From: Takakia lepidozioides
Taxonomy: Eukaryota > Plantae > Bryophyta
DNA: 64,000 bases
Direction of reading: 5' to 3'
Assembly (NCBI GenBank): GCA_030704615.1
Contig: CM060734.1
Location: 42,656,001 to 42,720,000 of the forward strand
The notes under the pieces are model-generated. The model worked only from the letters and a program-made list of their open reading frames with translations. It searched no databases and was not told the origin of the DNA. A program made the translations under genes and the position numbers. Of the stretch, positions 59,957 to 64,000 are shown one piece after another. The stretch's first letter is position 1. The number at the start of each line of letters is the position of its first letter.

Positions 59957-61560
59957 TGTTTATGAAAAGGTCTTCATACGCTGAGTAATGTAACTCTTCA
60001 TATTTATGATATTAATGGTTATGACTAATGGTACTCCTAATATCTAGGATAGTACTAACACTTCATATCTTAATAGATTACATACGGGGGCGCAAACAAC
60101 ACGTCCTTCGCCGATGGGGCAGACGATTTTTACTGGCCTGTCAGATTACATTTGTTTCCTACTTCCCGCGTGATATAATTAATAGATAAAGACTAATGTA
60201 ATTATAGATTATATATTCATAGAACAAGCTCTCTTCTTAACCAGAGAAGTCAAGCGTGTCTCTTGTACATGAAGAGTCAGTATAAGTGAAGTGTTAGGAG
60301 AACTGGTGTAAACTGTCAAGTTCCCTTACTAATACTGACTTACTAATTAATCTATTGGATGAACCCATCCTTCTAACACCCCCACTTAGCTTGTGGGTCA
60401 GTAAAAGTGTAAGTGTATCACTGAAAGTAAATAATGAAAAAGACATGAGTAAGCTAAGATTTATCTAGAGGTGATCAGGCTCTAAACTACTATGAATTCA
60501 CACATAAATGCCCAACTGTAAACTTGAAATACTTTCAACAAAATGTCATAAATCAAAGGACTATACTGGTGCCAAGCCCAACAACACATTTCTCGTGCTT
60601 GAACTTGGTCAAAGACTTCGTAAAAATATCAGCAAGGTTATCTTCTATTTTACAGTATTGCAATTTGATAAAGCCTCGTAAAATAACATCACAGATATAA
60701 TGATCCTGTACTTCAATATGTTTGGTCCGTGCATGAAAAACTTGATCATGTGATAAAATAATGCAACTTTGATTATCACAGTTAAGTAGTGTAGAAGAAG
60801 GACCTTGAGGATGTTCAACATCTTGTAATAGTTGTTTTAACCAAATAGCCTCTTTTGAAGCTTCAATAGTTGCCTTGTATTCTGCTTCTGTACTTGACAA
60901 AGCACCAGGTATTGGAATGACGATGAATTTGAATGCCCAAAATATAATGAACTGGGCCATTATCAGTCATTTCATAAGTAGAGTGAAGTTTATTCTTTGT
61001 GTCCAATAATAAAGCTGAAAGTTGCAAAATAAAAGGGCATCATCCACATATAAAGCAAGGATTATAACAAAACTTTGAAAATGCTTAACATACACATTAC
61101 AGTCAGAGGAACTGCGATGAAAACCGACACCATGAAGATCTGTGTCTATTCGTTCAGACCACACTCGAGGAGCCTGTTTAAGTCCATACAAACTCCGAAG
61201 CAAGCGAGAGACTTTTGTTTCATGGCCAGATTGAACAAAACCCTGGGGCTTAGTCATATAAATTTCCTCTTTTAATGTGTCATGTAGAAAAGTTGTCTTG
61301 ACATCCATTTGATTGACAACCCAATTATGGATGGCAGCCAATGCTAACAAAGTACGAATGGAAGTTATCTTAACAACAGGAGAGAAAGTGTCTTCATAAT
61401 CAACCCCAGCTACTTGCGAATAGCCTTTGGCAACAAGATGCGCTTTATAACGTTCAACAATGTCATCAGCTTTAAGCTTAATTTTGAAGAGCCATTTACA
61501 TTGCACTGCAAGTTTACATCCAACTGGCAATGCAACTAAGTCCCAAGTATGATTCTTGAT
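59957..61560 (-). mobile_element. 3' part of a copia element (RT, RNase H, 3' LTR about 59957-60378)
   Basis: KWLFKIK...QMDVKTTFLH...LYVDD; ALSSTEAEY...RTKHIEV...ADIFTK. PPT at 60379-60386. An internal deletion removes the RT-RNase H junction. Confidence 0.85.
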
Positions 61561-61568
61561 GAGACCTT

Positions 61569-61738
61569 ATGGATGAACTAACCACCGTTGATACTGCTGT
61601 CAGTCATAATGATGCGGCAGCCAATTTATTTGGGATCCATGAAATATATGCAGCTATTGTCATGGCCCAAACGGGTAATATTGGTACACTGAATCATACA
61701 ATTAAATTGCTCCAAGAGGAGGAACTTAGGAGACATGG
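61569..61738 (+). pseudogene. Short copia gag fragment
   Basis: DELTTV...DAAANL....YAAIV...KLLQEEELRR resembles the gag SLP-to-LL.EE region. Confidence 0.5.
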
Positions 61739-64000
61739 TGTAACACCCAAGATCTACACAAACTAGAATAGAAGTACTTCTTAACTTTTTCCCAAAACAA
61801 CTCGATGCCTTCTAGGCTTTCATTGCAGGTTTATATACCATTCACAATATGATTATTTTAAAGGTTTGACTTGAGAGCCTCAAGTCAAAGCTTCCTAAAG
61901 TCAACCTTCCTAGGTTTGATATATTCTCCACAATACGACTTTATCAAAGATACTTGCTAAAGTCAACCTTCATAGGTTTGACATATTCTCTACAATATGA
62001 CTTTATCAGGAAGTTTGACTTAAGGAAGTTTGACTTAAGGCTCTCAAGTCAAACCTCTAAGATATTCATATTATGGAGAGTAAGTACCTAGTTATTCTGG
62101 AAATTTCTAGGGAACTTTCCTCCTCTATCTAGAACCTTCTAGATTCTACCTTGTTACAATCATCCCCTCTTTCAAGAAGCAACATCCTCGTTGTTCGAAT
62201 TTTCAAAAGCTTGAATTGCCAATTGAGCATTTGCGAGATTTTGCACCGGTTCCCAGGTAGCTTCATATAATGGAAATCCTTTTCATAAAACCAAATACTC
62301 CAACACCTCATGTCGCCCTCGTTTGTATGTGCGTTTTTTCAGAACACGGTCGACCTCCCACTCTTCATTTCCGTCTATCAACTCTGGTAAAGGTTGTGGT
62401 TCTTGATTATCTTTGAATATTGATGGTCGAGGTTCGTAACGACGTAGTAGAGAAACGTGAAACACCGGGTGGATCTTCATATGTGGTGGTAACTCCAGCT
62501 TGTATGTTACTGCTCCAATGCGTTTAATGATCGAAAAAAGACCAATGAACCATACCCCTAGTTTTCGCGATCCAATGATGTGTAAATTGGTTGTAGACAA
62601 CTACACTTGATTCCCAACTACAAATCCCGTCAACGTGCATTTGCATACTGCTTTTGGCGATTTTGGGCAACCATCAGCTTTTCTTTAGCTTGACGTACTC
62701 CCCGTCGAATTTGTTGCACAAACGCGTTAGTCGCGGCTATCTTGGATAACTCCTCTTTTGGTAAATTGAACTTCGTAAGAGTTGTTGGCACATTTGGGTG
62801 TTCACCATACATCAAAAAGAAAGGAGTTTATTTCGTTGACGCGTTGATCGAGTTATTGTATGAAAATTCTACCAATGGTAATAACCAATCCCACTCTTCT
62901 TGTTCTTCTAAAGTAAAGGCCTGCAACATGTCTTCAATTGTACGATTTGCTCGCTCTGTTTGTCCATATGACTCCGGATGATAAGCTGTTGACATAACTA
63001 ATGTGGTTTTAAAAAGATCAAATAAGCATTTCCAAAACAAGCTAGTAAATTGGGTATCCCTATCAGTAATGAGAACTTTAGATAGCCCATGATGAGAATA
63101 GACCGCTTCCAGATATAGTCGAGCTAGTTCAGGTGCAGTGACAAATTTTCTAGTGGGACGGATGTGTATCATCTTACTCAATTTGTCTACAAAGACCATT
63201 ATAGTGTCGTATCCCGATGAGGTTTGAGGTAACTCACAAACTAAATCCATGCTCATATGTTCCCAACGTCTGTTTGGTACTGGTAGTGGTTGTAAAAGAC
63301 CTGCTGGCTTGCAGTTTGTTGACTTGTTTTGTTGACATCTCATGCAACTTCGAACGTACGTCTCCACCTCGTCTCGCATCCGTGGCCAATAGAATGTTTG
63401 TTTAAGTTGTTCGAATGTTTTTTCAACTCCAACATGTCCTGCTATTGCCGTATCATGAGCTTCAAACAAGACTTCTGTCTTCAATGCAGGTTCATCAGGG
63501 ATCCAAAGTTTACCTTCCTTGAATACCAACCCTCGAACTTCTGTCACTTTGCCCTTCTTTTTAGCGTCCACGATCTCCCCATCATCTTTAGAAGCTGTCG
63601 CTATCTTATTCCACCAATCGGGTTGAATGTTGATTTCTGTCAATGTGTTCATGCGCGACATCTTTGTCATTGCATCTGCCAATTGCCGTTTTCCCTCCAC
63701 ATAGACGATCTTCATATTAAATTGTTGTTGCCACTCCGCCCAACGAATCTGTCTCTTCGATAGATCTTTTTGTGTCTCTAAGTACACCAACGGTTTATGG
63801 TCTATTTCAACTATGAACTATTTGTCTTCAAGATAGTGTTTCCAATGTTTTGTACCCAAAATAATAGCCAATTCTTCTCGTTTGGTTGTATGGTAATTTT
63901 GTTCCGCAGGTAACAATTTGCGAGAAAAATATGCCACTGGGTGCCATCCGTCTTCTCATTCTTGTTGTAATACCCCACCCATTGCTGAGCTTGACGCATC
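61739..64000 (-). mobile_element. 3' part of a chromovirus (Tcn1-like gypsy): RNase H, integrase, chromodomain, 3' LTR 61739-62158
   Basis: DAS at the window end; HDTAIAGH...CMRC; MDLV; ITDRD; HPVFHVSLL; EWEVDRVL...EYLVL.KG...ATWEP. PPT adjacent to a TGTAAC...GTTACA LTR. Confidence 0.92.

Overview
Eukaryotic, TE-dense plant DNA, most likely from a non-seed land plant (inferred from the Tcn1-like chromovirus, the Phygy/Selgy-like gypsy, the Sola-like transposon and the intron-containing PPO). The centre is a nest with boundaries visible in the sequence. (1) A 41.8-kb Sola-like DNA transposon (12243-53999; 30-bp TIRs, 4-bp TSD TCCA; about 17.7 kb without insertions). (2) Inside it, a 23.2-kb Mutator-like element (23789-46989; 10-bp TSD AAAGCATACC; about 11.3 kb core). 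(3) Inside that, an 11.9-kb gypsy LTR element (30876-42774; TSD GGAAT). A CACTA MITE also sits in the outer element. The two unrelated DNA transposons share one layout: a transposase, a divergently oriented intron-containing cargo gene with a beta-class DNA amino-methyltransferase-like fold (ParB-fused in the MULE), and an element-specific 20-24-bp palindrome repeated through mainly non-coding DNA. The Sola-like element also carries three FCP1/SCP-like HAD domains and an ORF with Pol II CTD-heptad-like motifs. The flanks hold decayed copia elements, a gag-only LTR element, a MITE, a truncated polyphenol oxidase gene and a chromovirus. Most genes carry stops or frameshifts. Domain calls come from motif recognition by eye, not from database searches.
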